Shown in pieces: positions 1-9,888 of a stretch of DNA of 64,000 bases. Numbering within the stretch: position 1 is the first letter of the stretch; each line of letters starts with the position of its first letter. Position numbers and translations under genes: made by a program. The stretch is from Candidatus Multivorans sp. (GTDB lineage Bacteria > Acidobacteriota > Thermoanaerobaculia > Multivoradales > Multivoraceae), in assembly GCA_965224025.1 (NCBI GenBank), contig OZ245033.1, positions 2,592,001 through 2,656,000 of the forward strand, written 5' to 3'. The notes beneath the pieces are model-generated. The model made no database searches, had not been told where the DNA came from, and was given only the letters and a program-made list of their open reading frames with translations.

Positions 1-295
1 GTGTCGCGACCGGGAAGTCGGCGATCTCGGACATCGGCCGCGCCGCCAGCTCGCTGACCGGCCCGGCGCGGTAGACGTTGACCGAGGGCACGATCTGGTG
101 GAGATTCCGGTTGCGTCAGGCCATCGCCTCGCCGGTCTCGGTCCACCAAACCTCTTCGGCCGGATCGGGCAGAGCGTGGTGCTGGCGCAGGTTCTCTTGG
201 ACTGTCGAGGCGGGCTCGAAGGTCGGGGGAGTGTCCTGCGCGCCGGCGACCGCGGCGACGACGAGCGGGAGCGGCACGAGGAGGCTTCGTTTCAT
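1..295 (-). pseudogene. N-terminus of a secreted protein, probably a serine hydrolase, with an in-frame TGA; runs off the window edge
   Basis: ATG at 295 gives signal peptide MKRSLLVPLPLVVAAVAGAQD. The frame reads ...GEAMA*RNRNLHQIVPSVNVYRAGPVSELA with TGA at 118-116 and stays coding-like after the stop. Family call is by resemblance only. Confidence 0.5.
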
Positions 296-412
296 GGCCG
301 CAAGCTAGCCGAAAGACCGGCAGCGGACAGATGTCGCATCGGGCCGGGGATTGTAGCTGGGGCTTCGGGTGGGGCAGGTATTGGCATTTGGCCGGGCAGC
401 GCCCGCCAAGTG

Positions 413-793
413 TCACGTCGCTTTGAGCATCAAGCCGCCGTGCGCCGCGAAATGGCGGAAGTCCCGATCTCGCGTGACCAGGGGCAGGTCGTGATCCAGG
501 CAGGATTGGCAGATCAGCGTGTCCGCCAGGTTGGCGCGCAACCCCTTTGCGAGGACTTGCGATCGCAGCGTCGCCGCACGTTCCCAGTAGCCGGGCGCCA
601 CCTGCAGGAGCGGAAGCTGCCGGATCAGCGCCTTTGTGTCTTCATCGGCAGTCGGGCTGCTGAGCAGCTCGGTCAGGACGACCGGGGGCAGGACGGCGAT
701 ACTGAGGATCAACGCCTCCTCGACGGCGTTGACGTCGGCGCCTTCGGCGCCCTCCAGGTAGGCGATGAGCGAACTCGTGTCAAGCGCGATCAA
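413..793 (-). CDS. vapC: PIN-domain toxin (VapC family)
   Basis: MIALDTSSL N-terminal motif, ADTLI and LVTRDRDF motifs; 126 aa; downstream of a small ORF. Confidence 0.9.
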   Translation of the reverse strand: MIALDTSSLIAYLEGAEGADVNAVEEALILSIAVLPPVVLTELLSSPTADEDTKALIRQLPLLQVAPGYWERAATLRSQVLAKGLRANLADTLICQSCLDHDLPLVTRDRDFRHFAAHGGLMLKAT

Positions 794-802
794 GGTGCGG
801 CG

Positions 803-1024
803 CTAGTCTTCCCGGAGGCGCTTCAGATCGAGATCGAAACGGACCTTGCCGCGAAGTGCGCGCAGCTTGCCGTACGCATCGCGCGCGGCGACGAGGTGCA
901 GGCCCTGACGGACCGTCTCCGTGATGCCGGAACCGCTCGCCTCCCGTGCGCGCGTGAGGAGCACATTCGGCACGTGGACGGTGATCTTCTGCAGAGGCGT
1001 GTCGCTGCTTCCGCTCTCAGCCAT
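803..1024 (-). CDS. Antitoxin (RHH/VapB-like)
   Basis: 73 aa, KITVHVPNVLL beta-strand plus helices, 9 bp upstream of PIN toxin. Confidence 0.8.
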   Translation of the reverse strand: MAESGSSDTPLQKITVHVPNVLLTRAREASGSGITETVRQGLHLVAARDAYGKLRALRGKVRFDLDLKRLRED

Positions 1025-1110
1025 GGAGCGACCGTACCATACTCGATGCCAGAATCGCTTACGGCATCGTGCAGAGGATGAAGTGGGCGCTCGGTTGACG
1101 CAGACTACTC

Positions 1111-1674
1111 GTGAAGGCTACGTTCACGGGCACCATGAAGAAGACAACACTCTGGATCGCCGCCGCAGTGGCGGGTCTCGTTCTGCTGGGCTTTGGCTAC
1201 GGCATTGGCTGGATCGCGGGCGTCACCGGCGTCGGACGGACCGTCCCGCTCGAAGAACTCTCGGAGCGGGAGCGGGCGTTCGTGGAGCGGATGCAGAGCG
1301 TGGACCTCGTCGGCCACTTCACGATCGACAACCTGGAAGGTCTTGAGGAGGTCGAGGGCGTCCAGCGAGACCGGAACCCCGAGCGCTACGAGATCGCGAG
1401 CGTCTCGAAGCTCGAAGGGGAGGGCGACCGCTGGCGTTTCGACGTCCGCGTGGTCTACATGACGGTCGACGTGACCCTGCCGGTGGTCGTGCCGCTGGTG
1501 TGGGCCGGCGATACGCCGATGGTGAGCATCACCGACTTCGAGATTGCCGGTTTGGGCGGCCAGTTCGGGGCGCGGGTGTTGTTCTACGACGAGCGCTATG
1601 CCGGGACGTGGGACCACGGGCCGTACGGCGGGATGATGTACGGCGTGATCGAGCCGTCGGGCGGCGGCGAGTAG
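1111..1674 (+). CDS. Hypothetical membrane-anchored or secreted protein (start may be ATG 1135)
   Basis: N-terminal hydrophobic helix, coding-like codon usage, ends SGGGE. Confidence 0.75.
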   Translation: MKATFTGTMKKTTLWIAAAVAGLVLLGFGYGIGWIAGVTGVGRTVPLEELSERERAFVERMQSVDLVGHFTIDNLEGLEEVEGVQRDRNPERYEIASVSKLEGEGDRWRFDVRVVYMTVDVTLPVVVPLVWAGDTPMVSITDFEIAGLGGQFGARVLFYDERYAGTWDHGPYGGMMYGVIEPSGGGE

Positions 1675-1680
1675 CGGCGC

Positions 1681-4600
1681 CTACCAGGTGTCGATGTTGC
1701 GGCGTTTCTTGCCGTCCCGGACCGGGGGCGGCGGCACGGAGTCTAGGCTCCGGGCGATCCAGCGGCGCGAGTCGGCAGGGTCGATCACGTCGTCGACGGC
1801 GAAGGCCGCGCCGGCGGTGAGGGCGCTCCCTCGTTCGTATGCCGCGGCGACGAGCTCTTCGTAGCGGGTGCGCCGCTCTTCGGGGTCTTCGATGGCCGCG
1901 AGTTCGTTGCGGAAGCCGAGCTTCACCTGGCCTTCGAGACCCATGCCGCCGAACTCCGCCGTCGGCCAGGCGACGGTGAAGAAGGGCTCCTTCAGGTCTC
2001 CTCCCGCCATCGCCTGGGCGCCGAGCCCGTAGGCCTTGCGCAGCACGATGGTCAGCGTCGGCACGGTGATGTTGGCGCCGACAACAAACAGCCGGCAGCA
2101 GTGGCGGACGAGGGCGGTGCGCTCGATCTCCGGGCCGACCATCATGCCGGGCGTGTCGCAGAGCACGAGGACCGGGATGTCGAAGGCGTCGCAGAGCTGC
2201 AGGAAGCGGGCGCCCTTGTCCGAGCCGTCGCTGTCAATGGCGCCGGAGAGGAACTCGGGGTTGTTGGCGAGAATGCCCACGGGCCGCCCTTCGATCCGGA
2301 CGAGAGCAGTGACCATGCCGAGGCCGAACTCGGGCCGGAGTTCGAGCACGCTTCCAGTGTCGGCCAACGTGCGGATTACTTCGCGGATGTTGTAGACGCG
2401 CAGGCGGTTCTCCGGCACGATGCGGCGCAGCAGTCGCTGGTCCGGGCAGTCCCAGTCCCCGGTCCGGCCCTGGAAGTACGACAGGTACTGCTGCGCGGCC
2501 GCAACCGCCTCGACCTCGTCCTGGACCGCGATGTCGACGACGCCGTTCGGCGCCTGGACATCCATCGGGCCGACTTCTTCCGGCCGGAACACGCCCAGGC
2601 CGCCGCCCTCGATCAGCGCCGGGCCGCCCATGCCGATGCTCGAGTCGGCGGTGGCGATGATCACGTCGCAGCAACCGAGGAGCGCCGCGTTGCCGGCAAA
2701 GCAGAACCGCGACGTGATGCCGACGATCGGCACCAGGCCGCTCAGGCGGGCGAAGGAGGTGAAGGTGGGCGTGTCGAGCGGGCGGTAGGTCTCGTCGCTG
2801 CGGCCCTGGCCTGCCTTGGTGGTCGACGCGCCGCCCTTGCGCTTGCCGCCGGTGCCGGCGCGGCCGCCGCCACCCTCGGCGAACAGGACCACCGGACGCT
2901 TCCAGCGGTGCGCCAGTTCGACCATGCGGTCCGTCTTCGGATGGTTGAGCGCGCCCTGGGTGCCGGCGAGCACGGTGTAGTCGTAGGCCATGACCACGCA
3001 ACGGTTGCGCTCGTCGGGGAAGAGATCGCCGTTGATCGAGCCGACGCCGGTGATCATGCCGTCGGTGGGGAACTTGCGGATGATCTCTTCCTTCGGCAGC
3101 CCGGTGCCTGGGGTCAGCACCAATTGTCCGTGCTCCACGAAGCTCCCTTCGTCGCAGAGCTGGTCGATGTTCTCGCGCGCCGTCCGCTGCTCCGTGTTGC
3201 GCCGTTTCCGGACCGCGTCGGGTCGCGCCTCGTCGAGGGTCACCCGGTGGCGTTCGAGGACTTCGCCGAGATCGGGCCGGATCGCGTCGAGGTCGATCTC
3301 GGCCTCCCGCTCGCCGCCGGAGGTCGCGACATCCCGCTCCTCGATCAGAGCCAGGACGTGGCCCTCCCAGACCGCGTCGCCGACCGCGGCGCGCAGATCG
3401 CGCAGTACGCCGCCGATGTCGGAGCGGATCTCGTGCTCCATCTTCATCGCTTCCATGATGAAGAGGATCTGGCCCGGGGCGATCTCCTGACCGAGTTCCG
3501 CCTCATGACTGAGGACGGTGCCCTGCATGGGGGCGCGGACCGCGGTGAGGCCTTTGGGGACGGGCGTCGAATCGACCGGAGGCGGCTCGGCTGCCCGCAC
3601 GCTGACGGCGGGGCCGCCGGACTTGCCGTGATCGAGCACCGCCAGCGGGTCGACGGCGTCGACCTTGACGCCGGCCAGTCCTCTTCCGCCGCGGCCGCCG
3701 GCGTTGCCGCCGTCACCGACCTTGCCGGCCCGGCAGCCGCGATCCTCGAACCCGGCGGCCGCCTCGACGAGCTCCGCCAGCCGCTCGTCGACGAAGCGCG
3801 TGTGGATGTCCCACGACCCGGCCTCGGCACGCGCAAGAAGCGCGCGCAGGAAGGAGGCGTTCGTTTCGACGCCCTCGATCCGGAAGTCGCCGAGCGCGCG
3901 GGCGGTCCGGGCCAGGGCGGCGCCGTGGTCCGCCTGTGGCACGCGCCCCACGACCTTGGCGAGCAGGGAGTCGAAGCGTGGATTCGTCCGGTAGCCCGCG
4001 TAGCCGAACGTGTCCGTGCGCAGCCCCGGTCCGTTGGGGGGCTCGAAGGCGGTGAGGACGCCGCCGGTCGGCAACACCGCGCCGCCCGCGGTCATCTTCT
4101 CCATGTTGACCCGGGCCTGGACGGCGGCGCCGCGCGGCGCCGCGCCGTTCCGAGAAGTGAAGCCCAGTTCGGCGAGCAGGCGGCCCTGGGCCAGTTCGAG
4201 CTGGAGATGGACGAGGTCGACGCCGAAGACCTCCTCGGTCACCGTGTGCTCGACCTGCAGGCGCGCGTTCGCCTCGATGAAGAAGAAGCGCGGTTCGGCA
4301 TCGGGCGCGGTCGGAGTCTCGACCAGGAACTCGAAGGTGCCGAGGTTGCGGTAGGCCGCCGCGGAAGCGAGAGCGAGCGCGGCGTCCCGGATCGCCTCGC
4401 GCAGCGCCGGCGGCAGGCAGGGCGCGGGCGCGATTTCGATCAGTTTCTGGTGGCGCCGCTGGAAGCTGCAGTCGCGGTCGCCGAAGTGGACGACCGCCCC
4501 GCTCGCGTCGCCGGCAACCTGGACCTCGACGTGGCGGACCGCCGTCAGCAACTCTTCGACGAAGACGCCGTCGTTGTCGAATGCGGCGCCGGCCTCGGAC

Positions 4601-5148
4601 ACCGCCCGGCGGTACGCGTCGTCGAGTTCGTCTTCCGCGGCCACCATCCTCATGCCGCGGCCGCCGCCTCCCCCGACCGCCTTGATCAGCATCGAGGCGC
4701 CCGGGGGCAGGTCGTCCATGAAGGCGCGCGCCTGTTCGAGGGTGACCGGTTCGGAAACCCCGGGGACGACCGGAACGCCATGCTCCTGCGCGAGAGCCCG
4801 GGCCCGCGCCTTGTCGCCGAACAGATCGAGCGACGCAGGTTGCGGACCGACGAACCGGAGGCCGGTATCGATACAGGCGCGGGCGAAGCCGGCGTTCTCG
4901 CTCAGGAAGCCGTAGCCCGGGTGGACCGCGTCGCATCCGTGCTCGCCGGCGGCCCCGAGCAGTTGCTTGGCGTCGAGATACGCGGCGGGGCCGACGCCGC
5001 TCAGCGCCGCCGCTTCGTCCGCCCTCCGGACGTGAAGGGACGCGGCGTCGTCTTCCGAGAACACCGCCACGGTCGGGATGTCGAGTTCCGCCGCGGCGCG
5101 GGCGATACGGACCGCGATCTCGCCGCGGTTGGCGATCAGCAACTTCAT
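1681..5148 (-). CDS. Single-chain biotin-dependent acyl-CoA carboxylase (BC-BCCP-CT fusion)
   Basis: LLIANRGEIA, HPGYGFLSEN, GGGGRGM (biotin carboxylase); EAMKM biotinylation motif; CT motifs DYTVLAGT and LCDTPG. Confidence 0.93.
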   Translation of the reverse strand: MKLLIANRGEIAVRIARAAAELDIPTVAVFSEDDAASLHVRRADEAAALSGVGPAAYLDAKQLLGAAGEHGCDAVHPGYGFLSENAGFARACIDTGLRFVGPQPASLDLFGDKARARALAQEHGVPVVPGVSEPVTLEQARAFMDDLPPGASMLIKAVGGGGGRGMRMVAAEDELDDAYRRAVSEAGAAFDNDGVFVEELLTAVRHVEVQVAGDASGAVVHFGDRDCSFQRRHQKLIEIAPAPCLPPALREAIRDAALALASAAAYRNLGTFEFLVETPTAPDAEPRFFFIEANARLQVEHTVTEEVFGVDLVHLQLELAQGRLLAELGFTSRNGAAPRGAAVQARVNMEKMTAGGAVLPTGGVLTAFEPPNGPGLRTDTFGYAGYRTNPRFDSLLAKVVGRVPQADHGAALARTARALGDFRIEGVETNASFLRALLARAEAGSWDIHTRFVDERLAELVEAAAGFEDRGCRAGKVGDGGNAGGRGGRGLAGVKVDAVDPLAVLDHGKSGGPAVSVRAAEPPPVDSTPVPKGLTAVRAPMQGTVLSHEAELGQEIAPGQILFIMEAMKMEHEIRSDIGGVLRDLRAAVGDAVWEGHVLALIEERDVATSGGEREAEIDLDAIRPDLGEVLERHRVTLDEARPDAVRKRRNTEQRTARENIDQLCDEGSFVEHGQLVLTPGTGLPKEEIIRKFPTDGMITGVGSINGDLFPDERNRCVVMAYDYTVLAGTQGALNHPKTDRMVELAHRWKRPVVLFAEGGGGRAGTGGKRKGGASTTKAGQGRSDETYRPLDTPTFTSFARLSGLVPIVGITSRFCFAGNAALLGCCDVIIATADSSIGMGGPALIEGGGLGVFRPEEVGPMDVQAPNGVVDIAVQDEVEAVAAAQQYLSYFQGRTGDWDCPDQRLLRRIVPENRLRVYNIREVIRTLADTGSVLELRPEFGLGMVTALVRIEGRPVGILANNPEFLSGAIDSDGSDKGARFLQLCDAFDIPVLVLCDTPGMMVGPEIERTALVRHCCRLFVVGANITVPTLTIVLRKAYGLGAQAMAGGDLKEPFFTVAWPTAEFGGMGLEGQVKLGFRNELAAIEDPEERRTRYEELVAAAYERGSALTAGAAFAVDDVIDPADSRRWIARSLDSVPPPPVRDGKKRRNIDTW

Positions 5149-5257
5149 GGGCCTTTGTCCCTCTGGGCCGGAAGGGCCCCCTCAGCTCGGAAGGGCCGCT
5201 ATCCTATGCGGCCGGCGATCCGTCCCCTCGCACGTCAAACCGGAGAAACCCAGAGTC

Positions 5258-6352
5258 ATGAAAGTACTTCGCACGCCCGACGAACGCTTCGCCGACCTGC
5301 CGGACTTCGACTACGAACCGCACTACACGGTGGTGCCCAGGGGCGACGGCGAGGGCGAGGGTCTCCGGATCCACCACGTGGAGGCCGGACCGGAGGACGG
5401 TCCGGTCGTGCTCCTGATGCATGGTCAGCCGACCTGGAGTTTCCTCTACCGGCGGATGATTCCGGTGCTGGCGGAGCGGGGGATGCGGGTGATGGCGCCG
5501 GACCTGGTCGGCTACGGCCGGTCGGACAAGCCGACCGAGCGGGATGACTACACCTACCAGCGCCAGGTGGACTGGCTGAGCGCCTGGCTGCGCAGCAACG
5601 GCGTCGTCCACGCGACCCTGGTCGGCCAGGACTGGGGAGGTCTGATCGGGTTGCGGATGGCGGCTCTCGACCCGGCCCGGTTCGACCGCATCGTGGCCGC
5701 GAACACCGGCCTGCCGCTGCCGCTCGAGATGCCCGAGGAGACGGTGAAGAAGATCGAGACGTTCCGGGCCGAGGCGCCGACGCCGACGATGATGGAGATG
5801 CAGCAGCAGATCTCGCAGATGGGCACGGAGACATCCGACCGCCCGAAGACGGGCGCTCGGACTGTGACGCGGCTGGCGCGGGAACGCGCCAGCCGGGTTC
5901 CGGCGGTGAAGTTCGCGTACTGGCAGAAGTGGACGTGGGAGACCGAGGACATCCCGGTCGGGCTCATGCTCGCGGCCAGCGTCAACGGCGTCTCGCTCAC
6001 CCCCGAGGAGATGGCGGCCTACGACGCGCCGTTCCCGGATCCGTCCTACAAGGCGGGGATCCGCGCCATGCCGAGCCGCGTTCCGATGCTGCCGAACGAC
6101 CCCTCGGCGCCTGCTCAGATGGAAGCCTGGAAGGTGTTCTCGGAATGGACGAAGCCCTTCCTCTGTGCCTTCGCGGACAACGATCCGGTCACGGGCGGCG
6201 CCAAGCGGCCCTTCGAGGTCAGGGTTCCCGGCGCGCGGGGGCAGCCCCACCAGACGATCGAGGGCGGCGGGCACTTCCTGCAGGAGGGCCGGGGCAAGGA
6301 ACTGGCCACGATCGTCGCTGACTTCATCGATTCGACGCCGGTGGGCGGGTAG
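5258..6352 (+). CDS. Haloalkane dehalogenase
   Basis: MKVLRTPDERF start, HGQPTWSFLYR, QDWGG nucleophile, FADND acid, GHFLQE histidine. Confidence 0.9.
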   Translation: MKVLRTPDERFADLPDFDYEPHYTVVPRGDGEGEGLRIHHVEAGPEDGPVVLLMHGQPTWSFLYRRMIPVLAERGMRVMAPDLVGYGRSDKPTERDDYTYQRQVDWLSAWLRSNGVVHATLVGQDWGGLIGLRMAALDPARFDRIVAANTGLPLPLEMPEETVKKIETFRAEAPTPTMMEMQQQISQMGTETSDRPKTGARTVTRLARERASRVPAVKFAYWQKWTWETEDIPVGLMLAASVNGVSLTPEEMAAYDAPFPDPSYKAGIRAMPSRVPMLPNDPSAPAQMEAWKVFSEWTKPFLCAFADNDPVTGGAKRPFEVRVPGARGQPHQTIEGGGHFLQEGRGKELATIVADFIDSTPVGG

Positions 6353-6357
6353 CCGGG

Positions 6358-7020
6358 ATGACCGAGGTACGGCGGAATCGGCTGCGCCACGGGCTGCTGA
6401 TCATTGTCGGACTCGTGGCGCTGGCCGGAGCGGCCGTTGCCGCGGTCAGGAGCTACCTGCGCTTCACCCCGCGGCCGCCGGATACGACGGAAGCGCGCCT
6501 GCTGACCGGCGGAGGCGGCGAGATCGACCACTGCGACCTGCCGGTGCTCGACGGATCGGGGCTGACCGCGGACGAGATACCGATTGCCTACACGCCCGGC
6601 TGCGAAGGTTGGACCGAGTGGCCGCTGCCGGTGCTGGCCGAATGCACGGCGCCGCTTCCCGCCGGAGCGCCAGACCTGCGCGGTCTGTGGCTGGATGACA
6701 ACACGGAACACCTCGAACGGGTCGAACAGTGCGGCGACCGGGTTGTCGTGACCACGGTCGGGCTGATCCACGACATGCGGGCGGACGGCACGCTCCGCCG
6801 CGGGGCCAACGACGTGAACCCGAGCTGCATGAGGATCCGCAACCGGACCCGCTACCGCGACGGAGTGCTCGAGATGGACGGCTACGGTGTTCCCTGGATC
6901 CGCGTGGAGCGCTGGATGGATGGCGACGATCTGCGCTGGACCCATCCCCAGGCCGGCAGTCACGGGATGCGCCGCATCTGCCGCGTGCCGGCGGATCGCG
7001 TGACGCGCGAGCCCTACTGA
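6358..7020 (+). CDS. Hypothetical Cys-containing membrane-anchored protein
   Basis: 5 bp after the dehalogenase stop, N-terminal TM segment, good codon usage. Confidence 0.7.
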   Translation: MTEVRRNRLRHGLLIIVGLVALAGAAVAAVRSYLRFTPRPPDTTEARLLTGGGGEIDHCDLPVLDGSGLTADEIPIAYTPGCEGWTEWPLPVLAECTAPLPAGAPDLRGLWLDDNTEHLERVEQCGDRVVVTTVGLIHDMRADGTLRRGANDVNPSCMRIRNRTRYRDGVLEMDGYGVPWIRVERWMDGDDLRWTHPQAGSHGMRRICRVPADRVTREPY

Positions 7021-7102
7021 AGGAGCCGTCGTCCCGGACAGCGGTCCGCCTGCCTGAACCTGGTCCGGGCGCCTATGTGCGCGAGGCGCGGGCGCCGGCC
7101 GC

Positions 7103-7161
7103 TTGACATCTGGAGACTCGGGTGATGTCATAGCACCATCAATAGGGGGGTCATGACATCA
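7103..7161 (+). promoter_or_regulatory. TA promoter/operator with TGACATC repeats
   Basis: TTGACATC at 7103 (contains -35 TTGACA), inverted TGATGTCAT at 7123 and ATGACATCA at 7153, directly before the antitoxin start. Confidence 0.6.
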
Positions 7162-7424
7162 TGCGTAGTACGGTGCGAATCGACGACGACCTCATGGAGG
7201 CCCTCCGAGCGCGCTCGGAGGGTGAGGGCCTGAGCATGACGCGCATGCTCAACCGGCTGCTGCGGTCCGGCCTCGCCGCGGAATCACGCGCCACCCGGCG
7301 GCCGAGGTTTCGGCAAGCAACCGCGCGCATGGGCCGATCCCGCGTCGATCTGGACAAGGCGCTCTCGCTCGCCGCTGCGCTCGAGGACGAGGAGATTGTT
7401 CGCAAGCTCTCGGTGAGGAAATGA
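7161..7424 (+). CDS. vapB: Antitoxin (VapB, RHH)
   Basis: MRSTVRIDDDL motif; upstream of PIN toxin. Confidence 0.87.
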   Translation: MRSTVRIDDDLMEALRARSEGEGLSMTRMLNRLLRSGLAAESRATRRPRFRQATARMGRSRVDLDKALSLAAALEDEEIVRKLSVRK

Positions 7425-7431
7425 CTGCCCC

Positions 7432-7902
7432 GTGATGATCGTCGACGTCAACGTCCTCCTGTACGCGGTCAACGAGAACGCAGAGAACCACGAGCCGATC
7501 CGCTCCTGGCTGGAGGACGCACTGGACGGGGACGAGACGGTGGGCCTGCCGTGGATCGTCTTGCTGGGCTTCGTTCGGATAGCGACCAATCCGCGCGTGT
7601 TTTCGGCGCCGTTGCCGGTCGACGAGGCGCTTGACAGGGTGGAACAGTGGTTGGACGGCCATGTCGTCACGATCGTCGGGGAGAAGCCCGGCCACTGGCG
7701 CGCGCTGCGGGGCCTGCTCGAAGACACGGGTACGGCGGGGAACCTGACGACCGATGCTCACCTCGCGGCGTGCGCCGTCACGCACGATGCCACCCTGGTG
7801 TCGTGTGACGGCGACTTTGCCCGTTTCGAGGGCCTGCGTTGGAGGAATCCGCTCAAGGCCGCGCGGCCGGTCACGGCCCGCGGCAACGGCCTGTCCCGGT
7901 AG
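7432..7902 (+). CDS. vapC: PIN-domain toxin (VapC)
   Basis: IVDVNVLLYA, TDAHLAA, SCDGDFARF. Confidence 0.9.
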   Translation: MMIVDVNVLLYAVNENAENHEPIRSWLEDALDGDETVGLPWIVLLGFVRIATNPRVFSAPLPVDEALDRVEQWLDGHVVTIVGEKPGHWRALRGLLEDTGTAGNLTTDAHLAACAVTHDATLVSCDGDFARFEGLRWRNPLKAARPVTARGNGLSR

Positions 7903-7920
7903 CCGCGGTACGATGCCGCC

Positions 7921-8526
7921 ATGCTCGGCAGGACCCTCGATGCTCCCGCCTATCTCGACCGGTTGCGGGTCGAGCTGGCCCGTGTCGACGCGGCCGCGGT
8001 CGAGCGTTGGGCCGACTTTGTCTTCGACGTCTGGAGCCGGGGCAGCACGCTGTTCCTGATCGGCAACGGCGGTTCGGCGGCGGCCGCGAGCCACCTCAGC
8101 GTCGACCTGGGCAAGGGCGCCGTCGCTGCCGGCAGCCAGCGGGACGAGTCACACCGCCGGCTGCGGGTGGTCAGCCTCACCGACAACGTGCCGTGGATCA
8201 CCGCGGTCGCGAACGACCTTGACTACGAGCAGGTCTTCGTCCAGCAATTGTTGAGTGCGGCTGTTTCCGGCGACGCTCTGATCGCGTTCAGCGGCTCGGG
8301 CAACAGCCCCAACGTCCTCGCCGCGGTCGACTGGGCCAACCGCCATGGGCTCCGCACGTTCGGCTTGACCGGGTTCGACGGCGGTCGGCTGAAGGAACTC
8401 CAGCAGGACGGTGTTCATGTCGAACTCGACGACATGGGCATGGTCGAGAGCGTGCATGTGAGCCTGTTCCACTGGGTCGTGGACGACGTGTACGCACGCA
8501 CCCAGCAGACGGGGCGGTACGGCTGA
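7921..8526 (+). CDS. gmhA: SIS-domain phosphoheptose isomerase (GmhA family)
   Basis: GNGGSAA, ITAVAND, SGSGNSPNV, LTGFDGG. Confidence 0.82.
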   Translation: MLGRTLDAPAYLDRLRVELARVDAAAVERWADFVFDVWSRGSTLFLIGNGGSAAAASHLSVDLGKGAVAAGSQRDESHRRLRVVSLTDNVPWITAVANDLDYEQVFVQQLLSAAVSGDALIAFSGSGNSPNVLAAVDWANRHGLRTFGLTGFDGGRLKELQQDGVHVELDDMGMVESVHVSLFHWVVDDVYARTQQTGRYG

Positions 8527-8528
8527 GG

Positions 8529-9389
8529 GTGCCCCCGGTGGGGACGGCATCAACTGGCCGCCGCGTGGATCTGCCGGGGCGGGGCGCGACCTGGGTGCAC
8601 GAGGTCGAAGGACCCCCCGGGGCGCCGGTCCTGCTGCTGCTGCATGGGCTGGCGGCCACCGCGCTCCTGAACTGGACCACGAGCTTCGCCGCCCTCGGAC
8701 GCGGGTTCCGGGTCATCGCCCTCGATCACCAGGGGCACGGTCACGGCGTCAGCCGGATCGGCGCCTTCAAACTCGAGGACTGCGCCGACGACGCGGCCGC
8801 CCTGGCCGACCACTTCGGCCTGGAGCGGGTGATCCCGGTGGGCTACTCGATGGGTGGAGCGGTGGCGCAGTTGTTCTGGCGCCGGCATCCGAAGCGGACC
8901 GCGGGTCTCGTGCTCTGCGCTACGGGGTTCCGCTTCGGCGGCGCGCGGGCCCAGCGGGCGGCCACCACGCTCGGGCCGTTGCTGTCGCTCGCGGCGCGCG
9001 CGGCCCCCCAATCGTTGTGGGACAGGATGGGCGTACGGATGCTCGAAAACGTCCAGGATCCCGCCCTGCGGCAGACCTTGAAGCGGGAGACAGGACCGAC
9101 CGATCCCGTCTCGGTGATCGAGGCGGGCGCCGCGCTGGCGCGTTTCGATTCCAGTCCCTGGCTCGGAGAGATCGACGTGCCGACCGCGGTGGTGCTGACC
9201 GAGCAGGACGGGCACATTCCGCCCCAGTACCAGGCGCTCCTGGCGGAGCGGATTCCCGGCGCTTCGGTCCACCGGGTGGATGCCGACCACTACGCCTGCG
9301 TGGCGAGGCCCGCTCTCTTCGTGCCGACCCTGTTCGACGCCTGTCGCTCCGTCGCCCTGCGCGGCGTGGCGGTGCGCAGCGTTTCCTGA
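8529..9389 (+). CDS. Alpha/beta fold hydrolase
   Basis: LLHG, GYSMGG nucleophile elbow, downstream D and H. Confidence 0.88.
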   Translation: MPPVGTASTGRRVDLPGRGATWVHEVEGPPGAPVLLLLHGLAATALLNWTTSFAALGRGFRVIALDHQGHGHGVSRIGAFKLEDCADDAAALADHFGLERVIPVGYSMGGAVAQLFWRRHPKRTAGLVLCATGFRFGGARAQRAATTLGPLLSLAARAAPQSLWDRMGVRMLENVQDPALRQTLKRETGPTDPVSVIEAGAALARFDSSPWLGEIDVPTAVVLTEQDGHIPPQYQALLAERIPGASVHRVDADHYACVARPALFVPTLFDACRSVALRGVAVRSVS

Positions 9390-9443
9390 CATCGCGTCAG
9401 CGGGTGCGCGGGCGCGGCGGAAACTGGGTGCGCGGGCCCTCTG

Positions 9444-9467
9444 GCCCGCATCCGGCGCGAAGCGCCG
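9444..9467. repeat. REP-like GAA-loop hairpin, copy 1
   Basis: gcccgcatccggcgcgaagcgccg; 22/24 identical to 11740-11763. Confidence 0.65.
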
Positions 9468-9473
9468 GTCTCC

Positions 9474-9524
9474 ACCTTGCGTCTCAGAACTCGCTTCGCT
9501 GCGTTCTGCGGCGCAAGCTCCTGG
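9474..9524. repeat. Palindromic intergenic repeat, degenerate copy
   Basis: accttgcg...cagaactc...ttctgcggcgcaagctcctgg, homologous to 9733-9791. Confidence 0.7.
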
Positions 9525-9732
9525 AAGGGTGGTTCGGTGTCGGTGGTCAGGCCCCGGTTGGGTCATGGTCCGACTCCCGCCATGTCGCGCGGAGTCTCTG
9601 CCGTGTCGCGGCGCCCAGGGACGGCGGCGCGTCCACGGCGCTTGACGTTGCCAGATAGCCTTCACGGTCGTACCGGTCGGTACCGCCGCCAAACCCGTCG
9701 CAGACTCCGTGTTTGGCCCCAGCCCCCACTTC

Positions 9733-9791
9733 ACCAGGACCTTGCGGCGCAGAACTCACTCCGTTGCGTTTCTGCGGCGCAAGGTCCTGGT
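9733..9791. repeat. Palindromic intergenic repeat (long hairpin)
   Basis: Arms accaggaccttgcg-g-cgcagaa / ttctgcg-g-cgcaaggtcctggt pair at 21 of 22 positions. Confidence 0.75.
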
Positions 9792-9888
9792 TGGTACTCT
9801 GCGGCCACCGCAAGCCGAATCATACAGCCGATGGCGGATCCGCGAGGGATTCCGCTGCCGTGCGTACCAGTCCGGAGGTCGTTCGAAC

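Noticed and set aside
2101-5547. 1148-aa plus-strand ORF, and many similar long antisense ORFs (e.g. 29512-31665, 37746-39692)
   Set aside because: Shadow frames of real genes in high-GC DNA; no motifs
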